A DNA stretch of 31,321 nt, from the NCBI GenBank assembly GCA_019137115.1, contig JAGVSV010000303.1:1-31321 (forward strand), given 5' to 3'. The stretch comes from Bacillota bacterium. Lineage in GTDB: Bacteria; Bacillota; Clostridia; Christensenellales; Aristaeellaceae. The notes below the pieces were generated by a model. The model made no database searches and was not told where the DNA came from. It was given only the letters and a program-made list of their open reading frames with translations. The position numbers were made by a program, and so were the translations under genes. Below are positions 17,676-27,900 of this stretch, in pieces (within the stretch, counting starts at the first letter, position 1; each line of letters opens with the position of its first letter).

Positions 17676-18587
17676 ATGGCAAAACGACGGGAAAAAGTCA
17701 TCCGGGTCAAGCGCAAGCGCTTGCCCACCAGCATGGTCAACCCCAAACGGTTTGACAAGAGCCAGCTGAAATTTTATGTGCTCCTCATCCCGCTGGCGCT
17801 GTTTTCCTCACTGCCCATCGTGTACCTGATCTCGACCGCATTTAAACCCATGGACGAGTTGTTTGCCTATCCCCCGCGGTTCCTGGTGTACCGCCCCACG
17901 ATGGAAAACTTCCAGGATATCATGCACATGATGACACGCGGCGGCGTGCCTTTCTCGCGGTACCTGTTCAACTCGCTGCTCTCCTCGGCACTTGTGGTGC
18001 TTGCCACGCTGTACATATCGCTGAATGCGGCGTATGTGCTGTCCAAAAAGCGCTTCCGCGGCAAGAACACCCTGTTTGCGCTGAACACGGCGGCGCTGAT
18101 GTTTGTGCCGGCGGCGGTCAAGATCCCCAGGTACCTGCTGGTGCAGCAGGCGGGGCTTCTGAACACCTTTATGGCGCTGGTGCTGCCGATGCTCGCCATG
18201 CCGGTGGGCCTGTTCCTGATCAAGCAGAACATGGACCAGGTGCCCGACAGCCTGATTGAGGCCGCGCGCATTGACGGTGCCAAGGAATACAGGGTGCTTT
18301 ACCAGATCGTGGCGCCGGTGATCAAACCAGCGCTGGTCACGGTGGCCATCCTTGCCTTCCAGTCCGCGTGGAACAACGCGGAGTACTCACAGCTGTACAT
18401 CAACGATGACTCGATCAAGACCTTTGCCTTCTACATGTCCTCGCTGACCAGCTCGGTGGGCAACACGGTGGCCGGCCAGGGCATGGCGGCCGCGGGGTCG
18501 CTGATCCTGTTCCTGCCCAACCTGATCATCTTCATCCTGATGCAAAGCAAAGTGGTCAACACGATGGCCAACTCGGGCATCAAGTAA
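17676..18587 (+). CDS. Carbohydrate ABC permease (MalG-like)
   Basis: ATG 17676. Motifs AFKPMDELFAYPPRF, RYLFNS, EAA loop SLIEAARIDGA and FQSAWNN. Confidence 0.9.
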   Translation: MAKRREKVIRVKRKRLPTSMVNPKRFDKSQLKFYVLLIPLALFSSLPIVYLISTAFKPMDELFAYPPRFLVYRPTMENFQDIMHMMTRGGVPFSRYLFNSLLSSALVVLATLYISLNAAYVLSKKRFRGKNTLFALNTAALMFVPAAVKIPRYLLVQQAGLLNTFMALVLPMLAMPVGLFLIKQNMDQVPDSLIEAARIDGAKEYRVLYQIVAPVIKPALVTVAILAFQSAWNNAEYSQLYINDDSIKTFAFYMSSLTSSVGNTVAGQGMAAAGSLILFLPNLIIFILMQSKVVNTMANSGIK

Positions 18588-18600
18588 GGAGGGAGCCAGC

Positions 18601-20622
18601 ATGTTCAAACGCGCCGCCGCGCTGCTGCTTGCGCTGCTCGTGCTTGCCCCTGTGTCTGTACTGGCCGCGCAAACCGCCTCCACGGGCTACACCATCAACA
18701 TCGGCGTGGACGGCCGGCCGCAACTGACGCAAGATGCCTACCTGCCCACCAGGCTGTTCATGGATCTGGGCTTAAGGGGCCCCAAGGATCTGTTCATCAA
18801 GGATGACATCCTTTATGTCGCCGACAGCGGCAACGGCCGCGTGCTGCGCATTCCGCTTGATACGCTTGAGGTGGAGATCATCGGCGCGGGCCTTCTGCGC
18901 AACCCGACAGGCGTTGCCGCCGATGAGGACGGGCGCATCTATGTGGCGGACTATACCGCCCGCAAAGCCTACCGCTTTGCCCGCGACGGTTCGCTGGAGA
19001 TGACCTTTGAAAAGCCCGAAGCTGCCAGTTTCGGCCGCAACAGCAGTTACATCCCGCTCAAGGTCGCGCCGGGTGATGGCGGAGGCCTGTATCTGGTGAA
19101 CGAGGGCTCGGTCGCCGGCATCGTGCAGATGAGCGGCGAGGGTGATTTCCTGGGCTATTTCGCGGCCAACACCGTCACCATGAGCCTGAGCGACCTTTTG
19201 CGCAGCATCTTCCTCACCGAGGAGCAGCAGCGCTTCTCCATGGCGCGCACGCCGCCCGCTTTTGCCAACATATTCCGCGGCGATGACCGGCTGATCTACA
19301 CCATCAACCGCGGCGAGAACGTGGCAATCAAGAAGCATGCCATCAGCGGCGCCAACCTGCTGGATGATGCCAACGCAAGGATCCTGCTGGACAACCCGGT
19401 GGACCTTGCCGTTGCGCCGGACGGGCGGATGCTGGCCGTGTACACCGATGGCACCGTGGGTGAATACACCGCGGACGGCTACTTCATCTGCCTGTTCGCG
19501 GGCCCCGGCAACCGCACCGACCGCATCGGGCTGTTTGACGCGCCTGCGGGCATCGGGGTGGACAGCCGCAACAACATCTATGTGCTGGATGAGCGCCGGC
19601 AAGCCATCCAGGTGTTTGCCCCCACCCCGGCGCAGGACAGCCTGTACCGCGCGATGACCCATTACAACAACGGCGCGTACGATGACAGCATCGCCTCGCT
19701 TGAGCAGGTGGTGAAGTACAACGACACGTCGTACCTGGCGCACCTGCTGCTGGGGCGCAACTACCTGCAGAAGAACGACTACCATGCCGCGGAAAAGGAG
19801 TTCCGTACGGCGGGCGACCGCGCGTACTTCTCCCAGGCTTACTGGGAAACGCGCAACCTGTGGCTGCAGAACAACACCGGCTGGATTCTGGCCGTCGTGC
19901 TGGTGGTGTTCCTTGTCTGGCTGGGGCTGGGCGTCATACGCCGGTTCAGGCCCGGCTTCCTCACGCGCAAGGGCAACGCAGAACGCAGCCAGCCCCGCCT
20001 GGTGCACGACCTTTTGCAGGTCGGGTACGCGGTGCGGCACCCCATCGACAACTACTACAACGTGCGCGTCGGCCTGACAGGTTCGGCCCTTGCGGCCACG
20101 GTGCTGTACGTGCTGGCGTTCGTCCTGCTGGTGCTGTTCCAGGTCGCGCGCGGCTTTATTTTCTCGGTGGATGTCAGCCGTTATTCGCTGTTCTATACCG
20201 CGGTGTATTTCTTCGGCATCCTCGCGTTGTTCCTGGCGGGCAACTTCTTCATCAGTTCCATCAACGACGGCGACGGAACCTTCCGGCAGATCTATATCGG
20301 CTCGGCCTACGCCCTGGCGCCTGTGTTCCTGATCCTGCCGCCTGTGATCCTGCTGTCCAATGTCCTGTCGCTGGATGAAAGCTTTTTCGTGCAGGCCGCG
20401 ATGGTGTTCATGCTGGCATGGACGCTGGTGACGGTCTATCTCATGGTGATGCAGATCCATGACTATTCCTTCAAGGAGGGCACGGCCAGCCTGCTGATGA
20501 CGCTGTTTTTCATGGTGGTGGCAATCCTGGTGGGTTCGCTGGTGTTCCTGCTGCTCAAGCAGGTGGTGGTGTTTGTGCAGGATGCTGTGACGGAGGTGGT
20601 GCTGCGTGTCCGGCTGCGTTAA
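18601..20622 (+). CDS. Secreted NHL-repeat beta-propeller, TPR-like segment, transmembrane helix and Yip1-like domain in one protein
   Basis: AAGGAGG RBS, signal peptide, 673 aa. NHL-like repeats LRGPKDLFI, LRNPTGVAADEDGRIYVAD, LDNPVDLAV and FDAPAGIGVDSRNNIYVLD. TPR-like YLAHLLLGRNYLQKNDY, a TM helix near residue 425, then HPIDNYY and about five hydrophobic helices with IYIGSAYALAP and IHDYS. Confidence 0.75.
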   Translation: MFKRAAALLLALLVLAPVSVLAAQTASTGYTINIGVDGRPQLTQDAYLPTRLFMDLGLRGPKDLFIKDDILYVADSGNGRVLRIPLDTLEVEIIGAGLLRNPTGVAADEDGRIYVADYTARKAYRFARDGSLEMTFEKPEAASFGRNSSYIPLKVAPGDGGGLYLVNEGSVAGIVQMSGEGDFLGYFAANTVTMSLSDLLRSIFLTEEQQRFSMARTPPAFANIFRGDDRLIYTINRGENVAIKKHAISGANLLDDANARILLDNPVDLAVAPDGRMLAVYTDGTVGEYTADGYFICLFAGPGNRTDRIGLFDAPAGIGVDSRNNIYVLDERRQAIQVFAPTPAQDSLYRAMTHYNNGAYDDSIASLEQVVKYNDTSYLAHLLLGRNYLQKNDYHAAEKEFRTAGDRAYFSQAYWETRNLWLQNNTGWILAVVLVVFLVWLGLGVIRRFRPGFLTRKGNAERSQPRLVHDLLQVGYAVRHPIDNYYNVRVGLTGSALAATVLYVLAFVLLVLFQVARGFIFSVDVSRYSLFYTAVYFFGILALFLAGNFFISSINDGDGTFRQIYIGSAYALAPVFLILPPVILLSNVLSLDESFFVQAAMVFMLAWTLVTVYLMVMQIHDYSFKEGTASLLMTLFFMVVAILVGSLVFLLLKQVVVFVQDAVTEVVLRVRLR

Positions 20623-23041
20623 AAAGTTTGTGTGCGTGCTCGCCGTCGCGCTGGCGCTGCCTGTCATAGGATGGGCGGAGGCGGCCCCTGCGGCCACGCC
20701 CAACCTGTTCAACATGCTGTTGCCTGCCACCGCCACGCCTGAGCCCGCGCCCGCCGCCACGCCCAACCTGTTTGACATGCTCAAGGGCACACAAGCGCCT
20801 GCGGCGGAAACCGCCGCGCCCGGCACGCCCAATTTGTTTGACATGCTCAAGGGCACGCCCGCCCCGGCAGGCGCCACCACAGCGCCCCCGGCGCCTACCG
20901 TGGTGCCTACGCCTGCCATCGCGGTGGCGCGTGACACACTTGCGCTGCGGGCCGATCTGCCTGCACAGCCAGTGCAGAACGGCGCGAAGCTGACGGATTC
21001 CGACCGCCTTGTAGCCGAAAACGCCCGTGTGCGTCTGTATGTGGACGAAGCCGCGTGTTCCTTCAAGGTGGAGGATGTCAGCAACGGCTACCTATTCGCC
21101 TCGTCCCCCGCTCCGGAGCGGCTGACGGCCCTGAACCGCGAGTGGCAGAATATGGCGTCCTCCATCGTGGTGGCGGAAAGCCTGAATGCCTCGGGCACGG
21201 CATCGCGCGCTTTCTACATGGCAGACAATGCGGATGCGCCGGTCTTCACGTATGCTTCGGACGGTTTCTCGGTCGCGCTGCACTTCCCCGCGGCGCAGGT
21301 ACGCCTGACCGTGCATGTCAGCCTGACGGCATCGGGCTTTGCCATCTCCATTCCGCATGACAGCATCATCGAGGATGGCGGCATGTACCTAAGCCGCGTC
21401 CTGGTGCTACCGTTCTTTGGCGCGGCGGAAGGCGATACCATCCCCGGCTATACGCTGATCCCCGATGGCAGCGGCGCGCTGATGCGCTTTGAAAAGCCCG
21501 CCAACTATCTGGCCGCGTTTACAGGACGCGTTTATGGACAGGACTATGGCACGCGCAGGCCGAGCGCGCGCGCAAGCATGCGCTGGGCGGGCGTGACCGA
21601 CCTGAACCTGCCGCTGTTCGGCATGGCGCACGGCCCGGATTGGTCAGCGTACCTGGCGCTGTGCACCCAGGGCGAGGCATTCATGCAGATTGAGGCATCC
21701 CCCGCCGGGGTGATGACGCAGTTCCACCGCGCGTACGCCGCGTTCATATACCGCGAATCCTACAGCCAGCCCACCGGCCGCTCCAGCGCCAGTTTCCTTG
21801 CCATTCCCCCGCGCACCAATGTGCTGGATGTAACCATGGAGTATGTGCTGCTCAGCGGCGAAGAAGCCAACTACTCCGGCATGGCGAGTGTCTACCGCCA
21901 GCGCCTGATCGACCAGGGCATCCTTGCAAAACAACAGGACAGCGAGGTGCCGCTGCTGCTGCGGGTGCTGATGGCGGAAACGGAAAAGGGTGTGGTCGGC
22001 ATGTCGCGGCTGGTCATGACCACCTTGGAGCAAGCCCAGGGCTTTGTGGACACGCTTCGGGCAGGCGGCGTCAGGCGGGTGGATACGGCCCTGTCCGGCT
22101 ACGCGCGGGGCGGTCTGTCGGCACAGAAACTGGGCAACCCCGCGTTGGACAACGCGCTGGGCAGCCGCGAAGCGTTCGACAAACTGGCCACGTCTGTGTC
22201 GCAGCAGGGGCAGGCATACCTTGAAACCGCCATGGTCACAGGCTTTGACGGCCAGGTGGACCGCGCCGGCCTTGCCTACAATGTGGACGGCGGCCTGATC
22301 ACGCTGGACATGCCGGACAAGCCGCTGTTTACCAAACAATCCTTCCAAAACCTTCAGTACGTGCAGCAGACCCTGGCCGCCCTTCCCGGCGCGCCGATCG
22401 CCCTGCGCGACATCGGCAACCAGCTGCATTCCGACCACCGGGAGAACCGCGTACAGCCCCGCGCGGCCGTGATGCTGGGGTACGCCGAAGTGCTGCGGCA
22501 GCTGAATGACCGCGCGCAGGTGGCGCTGTTCACACCGTACGCGTATGCATTCGGCGGCATGGACGCGGCCATGGAAGCGCCGATGAAAAACTCCCAGTTC
22601 TCGTATGAGACCGACACCGTGCCCTTCTACCAGATGGTGCTCTCCGGCTGCGCGGATGTGTTTACCACGCCGCTGAACTACGGCAGCGGCACCGCGCGCG
22701 AGGCGCTGCAGCTGATTGATTACAACGTAAGCCCCGCCTACCTGGTGACCTACAAAGGTGCGGGTGACCTGCGCATGAGCAACACGACCGATCTGTACTC
22801 GTCCCGTTTCACGGACTGGCAGGACGACATGCTGGCGGTGTACCAGCGCGTGTACGAGCCGCTGCGCGCCGTGCGCGGCGCCAGCGTCATCAGCCGCCGT
22901 GTGCCCTTGGACGGGCTGGTGAAGCTGGGCTATGACAACGGCGTGGTGCTGTATGTCAACTATACCGCGTCGCCGCAGACGCTGGACGGTTTGACCATCG
23001 CCCCGGAATCCGCCGTACTGGGAAAGGAGGTCGAGCAGTGA
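20606..23041 (+). CDS. DUF5696-like secreted protein (possible glycoside-hydrolase-like fold)
   Basis: GTG start overlapping the upstream gene by 17 nt; 811 aa; signal peptide and Pro/Ala/Thr-rich repeat linker. Motifs VLPFFGAA, GYTLIPDGSGALMRF, LPLFGM and VPFYQMVLSG, and its position between NHL/Yip1 and permease genes, fit DUF5696. Confidence 0.7.
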   Translation: MSGCVKKFVCVLAVALALPVIGWAEAAPAATPNLFNMLLPATATPEPAPAATPNLFDMLKGTQAPAAETAAPGTPNLFDMLKGTPAPAGATTAPPAPTVVPTPAIAVARDTLALRADLPAQPVQNGAKLTDSDRLVAENARVRLYVDEAACSFKVEDVSNGYLFASSPAPERLTALNREWQNMASSIVVAESLNASGTASRAFYMADNADAPVFTYASDGFSVALHFPAAQVRLTVHVSLTASGFAISIPHDSIIEDGGMYLSRVLVLPFFGAAEGDTIPGYTLIPDGSGALMRFEKPANYLAAFTGRVYGQDYGTRRPSARASMRWAGVTDLNLPLFGMAHGPDWSAYLALCTQGEAFMQIEASPAGVMTQFHRAYAAFIYRESYSQPTGRSSASFLAIPPRTNVLDVTMEYVLLSGEEANYSGMASVYRQRLIDQGILAKQQDSEVPLLLRVLMAETEKGVVGMSRLVMTTLEQAQGFVDTLRAGGVRRVDTALSGYARGGLSAQKLGNPALDNALGSREAFDKLATSVSQQGQAYLETAMVTGFDGQVDRAGLAYNVDGGLITLDMPDKPLFTKQSFQNLQYVQQTLAALPGAPIALRDIGNQLHSDHRENRVQPRAAVMLGYAEVLRQLNDRAQVALFTPYAYAFGGMDAAMEAPMKNSQFSYETDTVPFYQMVLSGCADVFTTPLNYGSGTAREALQLIDYNVSPAYLVTYKGAGDLRMSNTTDLYSSRFTDWQDDMLAVYQRVYEPLRAVRGASVISRRVPLDGLVKLGYDNGVVLYVNYTASPQTLDGLTIAPESAVLGKEVEQ
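20696..20856 (+). repeat. Three in-frame repeats encoding TPNLF(N/D)ML, period 63 and 66 nt
   Basis: Copies start at 20696, 20759 and 20825. Copies 2 and 3 match at 30 of 32 nt and both differences are synonymous (AAC CTG vs AAT TTG). Confidence 0.9.
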
Positions 23042-23931
23042 GCGCGTTTCTGCGCCGCCATCAAAGGCAGCTGGCAGGGCTACTGTTCGTCACGCCCTGG
23101 ATCATAGGCTTCGCCATCTTCACAGCCTATCCGCTGGTCACATCGGTGGTATACAGCTTCAGCCGCGTGACCTTCCCGCTGGACGGCATCATGCTGGAGC
23201 CCGTTGGGGTGGCCAACTACACCAACGTGCTGATGAGCGACCCGGATTTCAAACTGGCGCTGAGCACGTACCTCACCCAGCTGGTGTGCTATGTGCCCAT
23301 GATCCTTGTGTTTTCCTGCATGCTGGCGCTATTGCTCAACAGCCCCATCCGCCTGCGCAAGCTGGTGCGCGCCATCTTTTTCCTGCCTGTCATCATTGTG
23401 TCAGGCCCCGTGCTGGCCAGCCTGAGCCAGATGGGTGCGGCGGTGCTGCTGGGCCTTGAGGACTTCCCGGTGTATGAGTTCATCCACCGCTTTGTGCCGC
23501 CGGCGGTGGCCATGCCCATCCTGTATGTGTTTGATAACGCGGTGCTGATCCTGTGGTTTTGCGGTGTGCCGATCCTGATCTTCCTGTCGGGCCTGCAGAA
23601 GATGGACCGCAGCATGTACGAAGCCGCCATGGTGGACGGCGCGTCCGCCTGGCAGAAGTTCTGGAAACTGACCATCCCCACGCTCAAGCCCTTCTTCTTC
23701 CTCAACGGCGTGTTCAGCGTGGTGGAGATCTCCATGAGCACGCAAAACCCCATCATCAAACTGATCAAGGACGGCTTGTTCCAGATCACGCGCGGGTTCG
23801 GCTTTTCGGCCGCCGTGACGATGCTGTACTTCCTGATTATCCTGGTGTCCGTGCTGATCCTGTATGTGCTCTTTGGCCGCGAAAAGCGCGACATTGTTGC
23901 GGCGCAGCCCCGAAGGGCGGTGAAGTCATGA
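23038..23931 (+). CDS. Carbohydrate ABC permease (MalF-like)
   Basis: GTGA overlap, AAAGGAGG RBS, LFVTPWIIGF, RAIFFLPVII and EAA loop SMYEAAMVDGASAWQKFW. Confidence 0.9.
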   Translation: MSAFLRRHQRQLAGLLFVTPWIIGFAIFTAYPLVTSVVYSFSRVTFPLDGIMLEPVGVANYTNVLMSDPDFKLALSTYLTQLVCYVPMILVFSCMLALLLNSPIRLRKLVRAIFFLPVIIVSGPVLASLSQMGAAVLLGLEDFPVYEFIHRFVPPAVAMPILYVFDNAVLILWFCGVPILIFLSGLQKMDRSMYEAAMVDGASAWQKFWKLTIPTLKPFFFLNGVFSVVEISMSTQNPIIKLIKDGLFQITRGFGFSAAVTMLYFLIILVSVLILYVLFGREKRDIVAAQPRRAVKS

Positions 23932-24869
23932 ACCGCATTATCCCGGAACGCACGCTGGGCCGCGCCAGGCATGTGCTGCTGGGTACCAGGGAGAAAACAG
24001 GGCTGCTCACGCACCTTGTGCTGTTTGTCCTGACCATCGGATTGTGCTATGTGTTCGTGTCGCCGCTGCTGACCATGCTGTCCATGGGCCTTAAGGACGG
24101 CAAGGACCTGAACAACCCCCTGGTCAACTGGTTCCCCACCAAGTTGTACACAGGCAACTTTGACCGCGCCTGGGTGGTCATGGGCGGCTGGAACACGGTG
24201 ATCACCTCCGGCTCCATGTTCCTGATCATTGCCGCCGTGCAAACCTTTTCCTCCGCGGTGATCGCATACGGTTTTGCCAAATCCGAGTTCCCCGGGCGAA
24301 AGCTCCTCTTCGCGCTGATGATCGCCACCTTCGTCATCCCCGATCAGGTGACCTTCATGCCCAGGTACCTGATGTTCCGCGAATACGGCATGCTGCGCAC
24401 CTACCTGCCGCTGCTGCTGCCCGCGGCGCTGGGCAACGGCATACGCAACGCCATCTTCATCCTGATCTTCTACCAATTCTTCCGCATGATGCCCAAAGCG
24501 CTGGACGAAGCGGCGATGGTGGACGGCGCGGGCTACCTGCGCGTGTTCTTTACGGTGAGCATCCCGCTGGCGGTGCCCGCCATCGTGGTGGTGTTCATCT
24601 TCTCGTTCGTATGGCACTGGAACGAAACGTTCCTGACGGATCTGTACTTTGGCAACGCCATCGGCACCATGCCACTGCTGCTGGAACGTTTTACCGACAA
24701 CTACACCAAGATATTCCCGCCCAATGTGGACAACCCCATGGCGGTGCTCAACGAGGGCATCCGCATGGCGGCCACGCTGATCACGGTGCTGCCGTTGCTG
24801 GTGATGTACATCCTGGTGGAGCGCAAGCTGATCGAGAGCCTGGACCGCACCGGCATCACAGGCGAATAG
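23928..24869 (+). CDS. Carbohydrate ABC permease (MalG-like)
   Basis: ATGA overlap, start MNRIIPERT; AYGFAKSEFPGRK, EAA loop ALDEAAMVDGAG and FVWHWNE. Confidence 0.9.
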   Translation: MNRIIPERTLGRARHVLLGTREKTGLLTHLVLFVLTIGLCYVFVSPLLTMLSMGLKDGKDLNNPLVNWFPTKLYTGNFDRAWVVMGGWNTVITSGSMFLIIAAVQTFSSAVIAYGFAKSEFPGRKLLFALMIATFVIPDQVTFMPRYLMFREYGMLRTYLPLLLPAALGNGIRNAIFILIFYQFFRMMPKALDEAAMVDGAGYLRVFFTVSIPLAVPAIVVVFIFSFVWHWNETFLTDLYFGNAIGTMPLLLERFTDNYTKIFPPNVDNPMAVLNEGIRMAATLITVLPLLVMYILVERKLIESLDRTGITGE

Positions 24870-24884
24870 GCGCGATCAAACACA

Positions 24885-24930
24885 AACCGGAGGGGCTGCA
24901 TTTCGCGTATGCGGCCCCTCCGGTTCTTTT
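24885..24930. terminator. Intrinsic terminator between convergent operons, probably bidirectional
   Basis: AACCGGAGGGGCTGCAT-TTCGCGT-ATGCGGCCCCTCCGGTT forms a 17-bp stem with one G-U pair, followed by CTTTT and preceded by an A-rich tract. Confidence 0.85.
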
Positions 24931-24952
24931 GTATCAGTGTGTTTTGGGTTGC

Positions 24953-27900
24953 TCAGCCTTCCTGGTAGATCGGGAAGGTCACCTGGATGTTCCGGACCTC
25001 GCCCAGCGCCGGGGCGGGCACGGTGATGCCGCCTGACCGGTACGCCTGCGTGTTGCGCTCGCCAACTTCCCTGTTGTTGATGCTGACGGCCAGCCTGTCC
25101 CCAGCTGTAAACCTTATGGTGCGGCGCGCGCCGTGCATGCTCAGGGTCAGCGCCATGCCGTCGGCCTCCTTGGGCAGTACGGGGTCAAACACCACGCCAT
25201 GCTTGGTTACCGCCACGCCCAGCACATGCGCCAGCAGCTGCCGGATGAAGATGCCGGGGCCGCTGGAATACAGCCTCCACCCGCCCTTGACGCCGATGCT
25301 GCCATTCCGTAAGCGGCCAAACCCATCGGCAAAGGCGTACCTGTCCGGGAAGTCGCCTTCGCTGCTGGAAAAGTACAGGTTGCTTTGCCTGGGCAATGCG
25401 TTGGGCACGCGGTCGGTAAGCAGCGGCATGGCCACGGTCAACAGTCCCTTGAGCGTCCTGTCATTGCGGCCGATTTTCGCCATGGCTTCCACATAGCGGA
25501 TGTGCGCGTGCACATACTGCAGGGATATTTCGCGGCCGACATTGGCCGCCTGCTCGGCGCGCTGGAACATGCGGCTGACCCCGCCCATGTAGCGCGCCGG
25601 CGCGTCCATCAGGCGTACGCCATCGGGGCAGGCCAGCCTGCTGTCGATCACATCCAGGCTACGCTGCGCCTGTTGCGGCGATGAAAGCCCGGCAATCATG
25701 GCGCGGGTCATGGGCAGCAAACGCGCGGTGATGCCTGTCACCTTGTCGCGCGGGTGCAGCAGGTATTGGTTCTCGCCATCCTCGTTTTTCAGCAGGAACC
25801 CCGCGATTACGCCATCCTTGGTGAGCAGTTCGGGGAAGTCGCGTTCGATCCTGGCCGCATACGCTCGCGCCTCATCAACAATGGGCAGCGGCAGCCTTGC
25901 CAGCGCGGACAAAGTCTGATAGCACAATGCCACCGTCCAGGCGCTGACAAGGTGTTCCTTCATGCGCTCCTGCGCGGGCTGCAGCGTGTCATCCCAGTCG
26001 CCGCCGGCATAGGTGACAAGGCTGGTGTCGCCGATGAAACGCGATTGGATTTCCTCAAAGGCCCTGCGCACATGCTCCCGGATGGGTTCGGCAGGTCGCT
26101 CAAACGCATAGGGGGCAACGGCATCCAGTATGCCGGTATCGCCGGTGGTTTCCACATAATCGCACAGCGCTTTCAGCGGCCAGAACACCACATCGCCGTG
26201 GCAATCCCCCGCCGCATACGGGAAGCGGTCAAACATGAACCATTGCGGCCATTCCGACGCACCCTGGTGGCTGAACACCGTCAGAAGGATGGCCCGGCAC
26301 AGCGGGAAGTGGCCCAGCGTCAGGAAGAACTCGAACGGCCCTTGGCACACATCGCGCGTGCCCCACGCCGCGCCGCCTGGCTGCTCCAGCCCGTGAGGCA
26401 TGGCGTAGTGCGTCAGCGCGCACTGCGCATGCCAGTTCAGGGTGTGCGTAAGCACCGAGCCCGCATTGCCCATGCCCTGCAGCGCAAACCCGCGCGTGAG
26501 CTTGCGCATGTAGTCTTGCACCAACCGGCGTTCCTCGACAGGGTCGGGCAGAGACGGCGCGCGCACGGGCGCATCGGCGAGGCTGCCGGAATAGACAACC
26601 GCGAAACCGCCGGTGTGCTGCATGGTTAGGAATGTCTTGTGGCGCGCCTTGCCGTCCTCATAGAACACGCCGTCATCGGCAAGTTTTGCGCCTGCGGGCA
26701 ACGTGATGTCAAAGTGCGCGCCCTCATAGTACGGCGAGTTGAGCATCACGCGCTGCACACGGCCGCGCCTGAGAGAACGGGTTTCCACGGGCAGGGTGTA
26801 CTCATGCTCGCCGGCCACCAGCTGCTGGGTGAGCAGGTAATCATACGCGCGGCCCTTGTGGCTGTGCACCTGAAGGGTCATGGTGGGCTGGTGGGCGCTG
26901 GCAAACAGCGTCACGGTCACAAGGTCATCGCCCAGCACATAGTGCCACGCGGCATGCGAAAAGCCCGTTTCGTACAGCGCAGGCAAGGTCAGCAGGCGGT
27001 ACTGCCCTTCGATGCGCACATACAGCCGTTGCCCGCTGTTGGTCATGATGTTCAGAAGCCCCCGCGCCGCCGAATGCAGTTTGTGGAAACTGGTGTTGCC
27101 CATCACGGTTTGCGAGCCAAACACGCCATACATGTAATGCGTGGAGCCCAACAGTGCGGCGTCCACGCGGGAGAGCTTGGTGCAGGTCTGGATGATGCCG
27201 CCATGCGGGCGGAAACAAGCCAGTTCCTTGCCTCGGGTGACTACATGCGTGCTGTCGGCAAGAAAGAACGACCACAGCGCGCCGTCCGGCCCGTGTTCGG
27301 CAAGTTCGCGCGCGGGGTACATAAGCGCGATGTCATCCTCCGTCATGGCAGGTGACGCATAGGGCGCACCAAACCCCGCGGAGCGCTGTACCGATGGCAT
27401 GGGTGCGGTTGGCTCCTCAAACGGGAAGGCGAGCGTCGTGATCGCCGTCGGCATGTGCCCGGCATCCGAGACCCCGGCTTCCTCGTTCTCACTCAGCCAC
27501 GCATAGAAAGCGAGATGCTTTTTCTTCTTCTCGATATGGAACTGCTGTGTTTGCAGCGCGATGTAGGAAAACTCCTGTTGGTTGACCCTGGACGGCAGGT
27601 TGCCCAGCAGCTTCTCGGGCACTCGATCCGCCTTGTAGGAAAGGCCGAAGAAATCCACGCCGTCGGTGGCAAACGCTGTGGTCTTGACCCCCAGCGAGCC
27701 CTGCGTCAGCACGGGGAAACCGGTACTTTGGCGCTGGTTCTGCCGGGAACGGATCACATGCCCCGCGTATGCCTCAAACACGCTGTGCCCCAGGTACTGC
27801 GCCATGTACAGCTCGTTGGTCAGCACGCCGCCGCGGTCCGCCACACCGATGTCCTGTCCGTAGATCATGTCATAGGTGCCGGCGTCGCCGTTTAGGGCAA

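Noticed and set aside
20696-20856. Repeats considered as a mini-CRISPR array or non-coding repeat
   Set aside because: They are in frame inside a secreted protein, the spacers are similar low-complexity Pro/Ala codons, and no cas genes are present.
18772-21084. 770-aa minus-strand ORF, plus other long antisense ORFs (2449-3756, 6662-8224, 7960-9534, 9531-11093, 23289-24617)
   Set aside because: They lie opposite well-supported genes, have no recognisable motifs and show the biased composition typical of shadow frames in high-GC coding DNA.
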